Part shown: in pieces, positions 1 through 8,467 of the stretch
How positions within the stretch are numbered: the stretch's first letter is position 1
Layout of the letters: every line of letters begins with the position of its first letter
Notes under the pieces: generated by a model
The model's database searches: none
Told to the model about the DNA's origin: nothing
Seen by the model: only the letters and a program-made list of their open reading frames with translations
Made by a program: the position numbers and the translations under genes
NCBI GenBank assembly: GCA_963931495.1
Contig: OZ007020.1
Location: 570,001-602,000, forward strand
Reading direction: 5' to 3'
DNA length: 32,000 bases
Origin: an uncultured Alphaproteobacteria bacterium
Lineage (GTDB): Bacteria > Pseudomonadota > Alphaproteobacteria > Rs-D84

Positions 1-1
1 G

Positions 2-496
2 GTTGGTATTATTGTCGGCAGTGTTATGACCGGAATGGTGAATTCATTGGTCAAAGACATTATTATGCCGCCAATCGGATTGATGATTGGGGATGTTGAT
101 TTTTCTCAATTTTTTGTCGTTTTGGCGGGTGGCGCACCAGGCGAACATTATAACACTGTGGCCGAGGCCCAGGCGGCGGGTGCTACTACTATGAATATAG
201 GCGTTTTTTTGAATTCTGTGGTCAGTTTTTTAATCACGATGTTCGCGGTGTTTATACTGGTGCGCGCAATCAATAAAGTGCGCTCTAAACAAGCGGTTAC
301 AACGCGTGTGTGTCCATATTGTAAATCAACGATAAATATCCAGGCAACAAAATGTCCGAACTGTTGTTCCAAATTGGTGGCGGAAGAGATCGTTCCGCCA
401 CAGCCCAGTGACTTGGAACGCGGAATCAAAAATGCGGCAAAAATAGCCAAGGGTCAGATTAAGAAAATTGCAAAGTTGGGGCGGAAATCGCGGTGA
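2..496 (+). CDS. mscL: Large-conductance mechanosensitive channel MscL (5' end cut by window) with C-terminal zinc-ribbon-like extension
   Basis: The frame is open from the window edge. VGIIVGSVMTGMVNSLVKDIIMPPIGLMIGDVDFSQFF matches the conserved MscL TM1/loop signature (compare E. coli [38 protein letters not shown]). A second hydrophobic helix follows (FLNSVVSFLITMFAVFILV), then CPYC-x10-CPNC and a Lys-rich tail. Confidence 0.85.
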   Translation, partial: VGIIVGSVMTGMVNSLVKDIIMPPIGLMIGDVDFSQFFVVLAGGAPGEHYNTVAEAQAAGATTMNIGVFLNSVVSFLITMFAVFILVRAINKVRSKQAVTTRVCPYCKSTINIQATKCPNCCSKLVAEEIVPPQPSDLERGIKNAAKIAKGQIKKIAKLGRKSR

Positions 497-517
497 TTTT
501 ATTGATACGTACAAACG

Positions 518-546
518 AAACGGCGGGAAATATCGCCGTTTTTTAT
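518..546 (+). terminator. Rho-independent terminator after mscL
   Basis: 8-bp stem aaacggcg / cgccgttt (518-525 / 534-541) with an 8-nt loop, followed by a T-run to 545. Confidence 0.6.
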
Positions 547-2017
547 TATGGCGGCCATGGTTTTTGTAAAAAAAGTGAATTTTGGCGCCCACACGGCGTC
601 GGCGGCGTGCTGTGTGTGTGATGTGTTGCGGCAACGTTTTTTGCGCGTTGTGTGGCGGGCGGGGCGTTGGTTCGTGGTGAAATAGGGCGCCAGCCGCATT
701 TTTTGTGGTCTGCGCCGGATGGCTGGGCGCGTGGCCGATTGTTTAATGGAAATGTGCGTAGTATGGCGGTTTATTTTATATCACGTGGTGCCGAGGTTGC
801 GCCAAATTTTGTAAAAATTATTTTGTGTTGTTGGGGTTGCGTCACGTATTCAAGTCGTCTTTTTATTGCATAATGTTTCGTGGATAATTATGACGGTGTG
901 TTTGGGGCGCCGTTATTCATATTTGTATGAAAGTTTTTGCGTGCGTGGCCCATAAAAATTCGGTTTCCGGGCCCGCAGGGCACACGTAATTGCGGGCATT
1001 CACAAAAGGCGCATAATGTATATTATGTATAGTTTTGTGTGTCGGGGGGCAAAATTGTGTATAATGTTTGATTTTATATGTGGATTGCGTAAGCATAAAT
1101 ATAAGGCGTTCCGGTAAGTGCAATATAAGTAGTTTTTGTAGATGTACGGATGTTTGTTTTCTGGTTTGGTGCGTGTTGGCGTGTCAAAGAATTTGGTGGG
1201 GTTTGAAGATTATGCGACGGTCGTGTGCGGATGAAAATATATTTATTTGGATTGGATTTGTTTGATGTGTCACGTTGTTCATGGTGTGTAAAATTTCTTT
1301 GCTGTGTTTTGTATTATTGGCGTCTGTATTATTTTTTGTTTGCTGTGACGCAGACAAGCATATAAATATATGTTGAATAAATTTTATCTGGCTGTTACGC
1401 GAGTGAAATTTATTTTATCATGGGGTTTTGGTCGGTGTTGTTTTTAATCCAATTTGTTGTGTGGTTGTGTTTGTGTTCGGCGGCACTTTTTTTTGCGAAT
1501 AAATTTTATGTGTTATAAACGTGCAAAAGCATTGATGTTATTTATCAGAATAATATATATAACAAATTGTAATTACGGATTATATTAATTATTTGTATTG
1601 TTGGTTTTTTATATGTTTTTTGCTGAAAAATACGGGCTGTTATGGTGAAAAAAATGGTTTTTGTGCCCTGCTTTTTGACCTAAAAAAAACGTAAAAATGG
1701 CGGATTTCTGCGGTTTTGGGGCGTTTTTTGTGGTTTTTGCCCTGCTTTATTGTTGATTTTATGTATAAAATATAAAAAATAATATTTTGATTATTCTGAA
1801 TTTTACACATTGTATAGTTTAGTTGGTTGGACGTGGTTGTGATTTTTGGTGTTAAATGTAGTGATGATTTGCCGGAATGCATAAAAAGGTGATAAATTAA
1901 ATAATATATAAAAATAAATAGATATTTGTGTATGTTAAAGTAAATATTTAATGTTTTTTGTCGTCATTATTTGATAAAAATTTGATTTTGTATGTGGGTT
2001 GCTGTAGAATTTATGGC

Positions 2018-2728
2018 ATGAGATTAGATTTGGTGTTAGTTTCACGGAAATTGTATTCTACGCGGGCGCGTGCGGTGGCGGCAATCAAGGCTGGGTTGGT
2101 CACTGTTAATGGGAAAATTGCCAAAAAGCCAAGTATGGATGTTGCTGATACAGACATCGTTGTTGGGGGTGAATTACCCTATTCTGTGGGACGTGGCAGT
2201 TTGAAGTTGGCGGCTGCCTTGGATGCGTTTGATGTTAATCCCATGGGATATGTCTGTTTGGATGTTGGTGCCAGTACGGGCGGTTTTACTGAAACGCTGT
2301 TGGGCCGTGGTGCGGCGCGTGTAATCGCGGTAGATGTTGGGACGAATCAATTGGCGGAATCATTGCGTCATGATGCGCGCGTGACCGTACTGGAACAAAC
2401 GGACATTCGGTCGTTGCGCCCGATGTGCGCGGTGGATTTGATTGTGGTTGACGTGTCGTTTATTTCACTGACCAATATCAGCGATGCATTGGCCGCATGG
2501 AATGCGCCAAAAATAATTGCGTTGATAAAACCGCAGTTTGAGGTTTCGCGCAGTATTGCCGCCCGTCATGGTGGGGTTATTAAAAGTGAATCTGACCGGC
2601 AAAATGCGATAAGCATGGTGGGGCAAAACTTTGAAAAAGTGGGCTATAAACAATTGGGTATAATTGAATCGCCGGTTCGTGGTGGCAGCGGCAACGTGGA
2701 ATATTTATTGTACTGTGTACGTGGATGA
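2018..2728 (+). CDS. tlyA: TlyA-family rRNA 2'-O-methyltransferase (hemolysin A-like; S4 domain plus FtsJ-like domain)
   Basis: MRLDLVLVSRKLYSTRARAVAAIKAGLVTVNGKIAKKPS is an S4 RNA-binding N-terminus. LDVGASTGGFTE is a SAM-binding motif. VDVSFISL and GNVEYLLY are typical of TlyA. ATG at 2018 is preferred over the upstream TTG at 1958. Confidence 0.85.
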   Translation: MRLDLVLVSRKLYSTRARAVAAIKAGLVTVNGKIAKKPSMDVADTDIVVGGELPYSVGRGSLKLAAALDAFDVNPMGYVCLDVGASTGGFTETLLGRGAARVIAVDVGTNQLAESLRHDARVTVLEQTDIRSLRPMCAVDLIVVDVSFISLTNISDALAAWNAPKIIALIKPQFEVSRSIAARHGGVIKSESDRQNAISMVGQNFEKVGYKQLGIIESPVRGGSGNVEYLLYCVRG

Positions 2729-2731
2729 AAA

Positions 2732-3685
2732 TCATATCCGTATGTGATGAATTTTAATGCCGAACAGTGTTATTGTATTTCCGATTACTCGGACAAATGG
2801 GATGACTGTTTTGTTTGATTGCTTTTTTCGGTGATAGCGTTGCATGTCGCGTTTCATAAAATCTTCGGGATACAGGTTTAATTTTTTTGCTGTATTATAA
2901 AATCGCGAATATACATCATGTGGTGTGTTTGTGTAATCATATGGTTTTACTGTATAAAAATGCAAAATTGCATAATTGCCGGCCAAGACATCTTGTTGCC
3001 ATTGTGTGGGATATTTGATTGAAATCTTTACCCCGGGACCAAAATTGTACCGCAATGGTAAAGACAATATTTTCCCATCAAATGCCACATTCAGTAAATC
3101 TTGATCGGGATATTTTAACTCTATATCGGTCGCCCCGGGTATTAAGTGCCCGTATTCAGTCATTTTTTTTACATTTATTAACAAAACACCGGAATTAAAA
3201 TAAATATCATTTTTAAGATATTTTTGTGTAAATTCCGCGACATAAATTCCATTTGGGTTGTGTTGGCTTTCTGTTGGGGCCATGTCGCGCACTGCGCCCA
3301 TTACGTAATTTGTGATGTCCACAGAATATAATTCTGACAAGTCGTCGCATACCAAGGTATCAGAATCCAGGTATAATATTTTATCGGTGTTGGGAAAAAT
3401 TCTGTGTGCGAACAGCCGATAGAATATCACGGGACTCCATCGTGAAAAATCATATTTACGAAATGGATTTTCGCTGTGGCGTATAACGCGCCATGTTAAT
3501 TTTGTTCCGGGATACTGTTGTATAATTTTTAATATTACTTTTTGTCCGCGTGTGTGTGGCGGAACCATGCAGAAAATGTGGTACACCGTGTCGTCGCGTT
3601 TATTTTCCAACAGTGATAATATTGACACGGCGGCTTGGTCGCAAAATGCGGTATCAAATGCATATAAAATATTTATTTCAGACAT
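2732..3685 (-). CDS. Glycosyltransferase family 8 (LPS/LOS glycosyltransferase-like)
   Basis: INILYAFDTAF, YLDSDTLV (DxD motif) and NSGVLLIN are GT8 hallmarks. ATG at 3685 overlaps the upstream GT2 stop by 13 nt. Confidence 0.8.
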   Translation of the reverse strand: MSEINILYAFDTAFCDQAAVSILSLLENKRDDTVYHIFCMVPPHTRGQKVILKIIQQYPGTKLTWRVIRHSENPFRKYDFSRWSPVIFYRLFAHRIFPNTDKILYLDSDTLVCDDLSELYSVDITNYVMGAVRDMAPTESQHNPNGIYVAEFTQKYLKNDIYFNSGVLLINVKKMTEYGHLIPGATDIELKYPDQDLLNVAFDGKILSLPLRYNFGPGVKISIKYPTQWQQDVLAGNYAILHFYTVKPYDYTNTPHDVYSRFYNTAKKLNLYPEDFMKRDMQRYHRKKQSNKTVIPFVRVIGNTITLFGIKIHHIRI

Positions 3686-4620
3686 GATAAAAACCAACAT
3701 AAAAATTTTTGTTTCAGTCGCAGGTATCGTCGCGGAATTTCCCGGCATGATGCAATCAGTGCAGATTTTGCATCTGTTTGATATTGGCCGAATTTTTTTG
3801 GTTTATATATTGTTTCCAGCATCAAATACGTGAACGTGTTTTGGTAAAACATACGCCAGAATACAAAGTCATATTTGTCCAATAAGTCTTTTCGTATATG
3901 CCGAAAATACATTGGGAACCATTCAAAATATTGTGGTGAAAATTCTGCGGATGTTATTGTCCCAGGATGGGTCCGGTGATACACAGATATATTTTGTGTT
4001 TCAACAACCAGATTTGCCCGGTAACATATATCCAACATGAATGTTAAATCGTCGCCAAATGTTTTGAATTCTGGGCGAAATCGCGTGTTGCCAATTAATT
4101 CGCGACGATAAATGCGGCGCCATATCCAACACCATTTACTGGCCAGTGGTGCCAACAAAAAACGCGATGGGTTGTTTGACGACCCAGATATATTTGGAAT
4201 CCATGTATGATTTTTTGACGGGATAAATCTGAATTTATCGGCAACAATGTTTGTTGCCCCGCCCGCCATATCGGCCCCAGTTGTTTCGGCCATATGTAAT
4301 AACATTTCCAGCGCGTATTCTGTAAAACAATCGTCAGAATCCAGAAATGCAATGTAACGACCGCGCGCAATGTCCAGTCCCCTGTTCCGTGCGGCGGATA
4401 CACCGTCATGTGATGTTTGTTGAATCAGGATAAATCGTTTGTCTTGCTGGGTATATTTGCGAATAATTTGTATGCTGTTATCGGTACTGGCGTCGTCAAT
4501 GATGATGCATTCAATATTTTTCAGTGATTGGCATTTGATGGATTCCAAAGCATCGCCAATATATTTGGCGTAATTATAGTTTACGACGATTACAGATATA
4601 TCTGGTACTGTTTTTGACAT
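3673..4620 (-). CDS. Glycosyltransferase family 2
   Basis: ISVIVVNYNYAKYIGDALESIKCQSLKNIECIIIDDASTDNS and FLDSDD are the canonical GT2 N-terminal fold motifs. ATG at 4620 lies 8 nt after the stop of the upstream Cys-rich gene. The ORF-track TTG at 4641 is the alternative start. Confidence 0.85.
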   Translation of the reverse strand: MSKTVPDISVIVVNYNYAKYIGDALESIKCQSLKNIECIIIDDASTDNSIQIIRKYTQQDKRFILIQQTSHDGVSAARNRGLDIARGRYIAFLDSDDCFTEYALEMLLHMAETTGADMAGGATNIVADKFRFIPSKNHTWIPNISGSSNNPSRFLLAPLASKWCWIWRRIYRRELIGNTRFRPEFKTFGDDLTFMLDICYRANLVVETQNISVYHRTHPGTITSAEFSPQYFEWFPMYFRHIRKDLLDKYDFVFWRMFYQNTFTYLMLETIYKPKKFGQYQTDAKSALIASCREIPRRYLRLKQKFLCWFLSCLK

Positions 4621-4628
4621 TGTTTGTT

Positions 4629-5294
4629 TTAATACAGGCAACTGTCTATGTACACGAAACTGCCGGTGCCATCATTCATTGTTACATCTGGCCTGATATA
4701 GCAATCTGTTATTGTGTTCCAATATGCATTGGCCAGCGAACTGCAACTTATTTCAATAACTTGCATATATACGCCGTCCAGCATTTGGCCACCTGGGGTT
4801 GTGTATGAACAGAAATACAATTCGCTGCGGCCACCTGCGTCGTATATACCCTGTGGAAAAATAACTTGTCTTGATTCGTAGCAGTCGCCACGTACACTGT
4901 ACAGTGACGGGCAAGATGCACATTCATAGTCTGATGCGCAATCATAATAATTTTGTGGTGATGTAACTGTTGTGCCATTGGCATTTTTGCATTTTGATAA
5001 ATAGTACCCAGGACTGCATACGCGAATATAGGATTCTTCGGTGGAATAATCAGACAATTCTTTTAGAAGGCGAATAAATTTTCCACCACATGTTCCACCA
5101 TGGCATAGCTTAGATGCACTGCAATACTGGAAAAAAGACGTGTCGTTTTCGGGCATGCCGGTTTGGTTGTAAACGCGTTCACTGCTTACAACGCCGGTAT
5201 AGTTACACATCGCCGCGTTTACATCAGATTTGTATATTATGAATACAAATGAACTGATGATTCCCCAAATTATTTTGCCTATATCTAGTTTCAT
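4629..5294 (-). CDS. Cysteine-rich secreted protein P1 (uncharacterised; paralog of the 25509-26325 gene)
   Basis: From ATG 5294: MKLDIGKIIWGIISSFVFIIYKSDVNAA is a Sec signal-like N-terminus. The mature part carries many Cys, including VCSPGYYLSKC. The C-terminal motif ITDCYIRPDVTMNDGTGSFVYIDSCLY is shared with the 26233-26322 region. The track start TTG 5354 would translate through the regulatory box and is thought unlikely. Confidence 0.6.
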   Translation of the reverse strand: MKLDIGKIIWGIISSFVFIIYKSDVNAAMCNYTGVVSSERVYNQTGMPENDTSFFQYCSASKLCHGGTCGGKFIRLLKELSDYSTEESYIRVCSPGYYLSKCKNANGTTVTSPQNYYDCASDYECASCPSLYSVRGDCYESRQVIFPQGIYDAGGRSELYFCSYTTPGGQMLDGVYMQVIEISCSSLANAYWNTITDCYIRPDVTMNDGTGSFVYIDSCLY

Positions 5295-5322
5295 TGTTTC
5301 AGGTGCCCCTCCGGAATCCGAT

Positions 5323-5436
5323 GCCGAATCTAAACGGTGGTTTATTTTCAGCAAATTTTATATTGACTTTTTCTTGGTTTTCTTGATAAAATTCACACGG
5401 TTTGTAACCGAAAATAAACCACCGTTTAGATTTGGC
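5323..5436. repeat. Inverted repeat pair (27-bp arms, 1 mismatch, 60-bp spacer) carrying two copies of the palindromic box TAAACGGTGGTTTA
   Basis: 5323-5349 gccgaatctaaacggtggtttattttc is the reverse complement of 5410-5436 gaaaataaaccaccgtttagatttggc, except at 5326/5433. Box cores are at 5331-5344 and 5415-5428. Confidence 0.9.
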
Positions 5437-5510
5437 ATTTTGGTTGGTCGTAATTTCTTGTTTTAACTGCTTTTTTGTCTTTTTTACTTACGCCGGGATA
5501 TTTATCTTTC

Positions 5511-5540
5511 ATTGTAAAAATTCTTGAATTTATTGGGCAA
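5511..5540 (-). promoter_or_regulatory. Candidate sigma70-like promoter for the P1-GT2-GT8 operon
   Basis: On the minus strand, TTGCCC (5540-5535), an 18-nt spacer, then TACAAT (5516-5511). This would put both boxes in a ~210-nt leader. Hexamer match only. Confidence 0.3.
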
Positions 5541-5591
5541 TGTGTATAAAATACCACGAAGTATGTTTATTTTGAACCCCAGGTATAAGTT

Positions 5592-7991
5592 ATGGCAGAT
5601 GATATAAAGCAAATTCATGAACGTGAAGAAAAATGGCAACGCCGTTGGGCGGATGCCGGTGTGTTTACCCCCAAAAATGATGGCAGCAAGACGCCGTTTT
5701 ATATGTTGGCGGAATTTCCGTTTCCATCGGGCAACGGACTGACCGGGGGACATATGTTGATTTATTCCGGTTCGGACGTTATGGCGCGGTTTCGCCGTAT
5801 GCAGGGCTATGATGTTCTGTTCCCGATGGGGTTTGATTCATTGGGAATTTCGGCGGAAAACTATGCCACGAAAATTGGCAAGCATCCGTCTGTGGTTGTG
5901 CGTGAACTGATTGAAAAATTTACGCACAGTATGATAAGCATGGGTTGGTCTATTGATTTGAAATCGCAAATTGCAACGTCTGACCCTGAATATATCAAAT
6001 GGACCCAGTGGATGTTTATCCAGTTCTTTAATGCGGGGTTGGCGTATAAGTCTATGTTGCCGATGAACTGGTGTCCGAATTGTCGCACCACGTTGACCAA
6101 CGAAGAACTGGAAGATGGCAAATGCAATCGTTGTCATGGGCCGGTTGAAATTCGTGAAAAAATGCAGTGGAATCTGGCGATTACTAAATATGCCGAACGT
6201 TTGTTGGATGATTTGAAATTGGTTGATTATCCGGAACGTGTAAAGCGTGACCAGATAAACTGGATTGGTAAATCCACCGGTGCGGATGTTGATTTTATGG
6301 TCGGTGACGATGTAATGACCGTTTATACCACACGTGTTGATACTATATTTGGTGCGACATTCTGTGCGATTGCACCGGAACACAAATTGGTTGCCAAATG
6401 GCTGGCGGATGGTCGCATTAAAAATGCGGACGCGGTGCGTGCGTATATAAAACAATCGGCCGAAAAATCTGAATTTGACCGGACGGACGCAACAAAAGAA
6501 AAAACAGGTGTGCGTTTGGACGGCATAATGGCGCGCAATCCATTTACAGGCGATGAAATCCCCGTATTTGTGGCGGACTATGTATTGGTGAATTATGCGC
6601 ATGGTACGATTATGGCTGTGCCGGCGCACGATGAACGCGACTGGGATTTTGCGAAAAAATTCGGTTTGAAAATTATTCCTGTGATTGATGGTGGTGAACC
6701 CGACAAAGTCTGGACCGGGGATGGCATGCATATTAATTCAGGATTTTTAGATGGTATGAACAAGGCCGACGCAATCGCTGCCGCGATTAAGTATGGTGCG
6801 GAACATGGGTTTGCCCGGCCGAAAACGCGGTTCAAAATGACCGATTGGGGGTTTTCGCGCCAGATGTATTGGGGCGAACCAATTCCATTGGTGTATTGTG
6901 AAAAATGCGGTTGGGTGCCGGTGCCTGAATCTGAATTACCGTTGATGCAGCCGTATATGGAAAATTATCGCCCGACCGAGGACGGTGAAAGTCCCCTGGC
7001 CCGCGCGACAGATTGGGTTAATACCACGTGTCCAAAATGTGGCGCGCCCGCGCGACGCGAAACGGATACTATGCCGCAATGGGCGGGGTCATCGTGGTAT
7101 TATATGCGGTATCTGGATCCGCGTAATGACAAAGAATTTTGTTCGCGGGAACAAATGGAACGCTGGATGCCGGTAAATCATTATAATGGCGGCAATGAAC
7201 ACAATACGCGTCATTTGATTTATTCGCGCTTTTGGCACAAGGCGTTATATGATTTGGGATTTGTAAATACTGTTGAACCGTATAAAAAGCGGACCACAAA
7301 TGGTTTGCTGATGGGGTCGGATGGTAAAAAAATGTCTAAATCCGCCGGTAATGGATTCCAGGTTGATGAAATGGTGGCGCGCGTTGGGGCCGATGCTGCG
7401 CGTACGACAGTGTTATCGTTGGGGCCGTGGGATACGAATGTGAACTGGTCAGACGGTGCGCTGGCCGGGGTACAAAGATTCCTGAAGCGCGTGGAAAATA
7501 TGGCGGATAATCTGACCGATGATGTGATGACGTCCGAACAGGAACGTTTGGTTAATCAATTAATCGCAGATATGACAGAACGACTGGAAAATATGCGGTT
7601 TAATACGGCGATTTCCGCGATGATGGAATTTATTAACCAGTTCAGTGGCACTATGCCCCGCCCTGTGTACGAAGTATTGATTCAAATGTTGAACCCATTC
7701 GCACCGCATTTGACCGAAGAAATTTGGGAACGTTTAGGGCACGCGGATATGTTGGTGTTTCAACCGTGGCCAACATACGACGCCGCAAAATTGGCGAAAA
7801 CAACAATGACAATTGTTGTTTCGGTTAATGGTAAACGTGCGTCTGATTTTGTGGTGCCTGTTTCTGCCACAGAAGAAGAAATTGTTGATGCCGCCAAACA
7901 GGCCGCATCCAAAAAACTGGTCGGTGCCAGTATTATCAAAACAATTGTTGTACCGAACAAGTTGGTGAATTTTGTGGTTCGCAACAACTGA
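5592..7991 (+). CDS. leuS: Leucyl-tRNA synthetase
   Basis: 799 aa. Class I aaRS N-terminus FPFPSG...GGH, CP1 editing-domain region, zinc-like CPNC...CNRC, KMSKS loop (GKKMSKSAGNG) and the LeuS anticodon-binding C-terminus. Confidence 0.95.
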   Translation: MADDIKQIHEREEKWQRRWADAGVFTPKNDGSKTPFYMLAEFPFPSGNGLTGGHMLIYSGSDVMARFRRMQGYDVLFPMGFDSLGISAENYATKIGKHPSVVVRELIEKFTHSMISMGWSIDLKSQIATSDPEYIKWTQWMFIQFFNAGLAYKSMLPMNWCPNCRTTLTNEELEDGKCNRCHGPVEIREKMQWNLAITKYAERLLDDLKLVDYPERVKRDQINWIGKSTGADVDFMVGDDVMTVYTTRVDTIFGATFCAIAPEHKLVAKWLADGRIKNADAVRAYIKQSAEKSEFDRTDATKEKTGVRLDGIMARNPFTGDEIPVFVADYVLVNYAHGTIMAVPAHDERDWDFAKKFGLKIIPVIDGGEPDKVWTGDGMHINSGFLDGMNKADAIAAAIKYGAEHGFARPKTRFKMTDWGFSRQMYWGEPIPLVYCEKCGWVPVPESELPLMQPYMENYRPTEDGESPLARATDWVNTTCPKCGAPARRETDTMPQWAGSSWYYMRYLDPRNDKEFCSREQMERWMPVNHYNGGNEHNTRHLIYSRFWHKALYDLGFVNTVEPYKKRTTNGLLMGSDGKKMSKSAGNGFQVDEMVARVGADAARTTVLSLGPWDTNVNWSDGALAGVQRFLKRVENMADNLTDDVMTSEQERLVNQLIADMTERLENMRFNTAISAMMEFINQFSGTMPRPVYEVLIQMLNPFAPHLTEEIWERLGHADMLVFQPWPTYDAAKLAKTTMTIVVSVNGKRASDFVVPVSATEEEIVDAAKQAASKKLVGASIIKTIVVPNKLVNFVVRNN

Positions 7992-7993
7992 TA

Positions 7994-8021
7994 AAAAACG
8001 CCCGTGTGGGCGTTTCTTATT
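7994..8021. terminator. Bidirectional terminator between convergent leuS and rpiB
   Basis: Stem aaacgccc / gggcgttt (7996-8003 / 8008-8015) with loop gtgt. An A-run lies upstream and a T-rich tail downstream. Confidence 0.65.
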
Positions 8022-8467
8022 TAAGAGATTTTTTTCAGTCGGCGCACACGGCGTTCGTTTTCATCAAATGGACTTTCCAAAAATGCACGTGCGGTTAAAA
8101 ATGATACTTCTATATCAATATCATCCGCGGCCAACGCCAATACGTTGATGTCATCGTGAAAACGATCATCGCGTGCCTGGTCCGGGCGGTCACAGCGTGA
8201 CGCACGGATATGGCGATAACGATTGGCGGCGATTTGCATCCCGGCGCCTGTGCCACAAATTAATATTCCGCGTGATTTTTCGTCGTCAACCATTGCATCT
8301 GCCAGCGCTTTGGCAATGTCTGGAAAATCAACCGGGGTATTGGGGTCATCCGTCCCCAGGTTCACAACACTGTATCCGATTGCGTTTAACATTTCTGTCA
8401 GGTATAACTTTACACCAACACCACGATGGTCGGCGGCGATATATAACTTTGATATTGTTTTATTCAT
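8021..8467 (-). CDS. rpiB: Ribose-5-phosphate isomerase B (RpiB/LacAB family)
   Basis: LYIAADHRGVGVK...ILICGTGAGMQIAANRYRHIRA is the RpiB family signature. Its start overlaps the bactofilin stop by 8 nt. Confidence 0.9.
   Translation of the reverse strand: MNKTISKLYIAADHRGVGVKLYLTEMLNAIGYSVVNLGTDDPNTPVDFPDIAKALADAMVDDEKSRGILICGTGAGMQIAANRYRHIRASRCDRPDQARDDRFHDDINVLALAADDIDIEVSFLTARAFLESPFDENERRVRRLKKIS

Noticed and set aside
879-1087. DnaA-box-like 9-mers (cgtggataa at 879-887, tgtggattg at 1079-1087) suggesting a replication origin in the ORF-free region
   Set aside because: There are only two degenerate matches (8/9 and 7/9) and no cluster. I could not see an adjacent AT-rich unwinding repeat set, and there is no dnaA/hemE/parAB-type context. 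That is insufficient to call an origin.
652-1882. Short ORFs in the long intergenic region (652-873, 917-1123, 1068-1265, 1640-1882)
   Set aside because: They encode Cys/Trp/Phe/Gly-rich or Lys/Ile-rich low-complexity peptides driven by the local base skew. There are no ribosome-binding sites or recognisable motifs.
4629-5294. N-x-S/T sequons in P1 (NYT, NQT, NDT, NGT, NTIT) as evidence that the adjacent GT2/GT8 N-glycosylate it
   Set aside because: Asn is frequent in this AT-leaning genome, so sequons are expected by chance. GT2/GT8 enzymes are not the known bacterial N-glycosylating families. The operon linkage is retained as a finding, but the sequon argument is not.
5323-5436. The inverted-repeat modules at 5323-5436 and 25431-25536 interpreted as MITEs
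   Set aside because: The interiors of the two copies share no similarity. No target-site duplication flanks either copy. The conserved part is limited to the palindromic boxes at fixed spacing, which fits a regulatory site better than a mobile element.
5838-6731. 297-aa ORF on the minus strand, plus several 60-100-aa ORFs, inside leuS
   Set aside because: They lie entirely antisense to a confidently identified leuS. The composition is Arg/His/Phe-rich and low in complexity, as expected for a shadow frame, and there is no independent start context.
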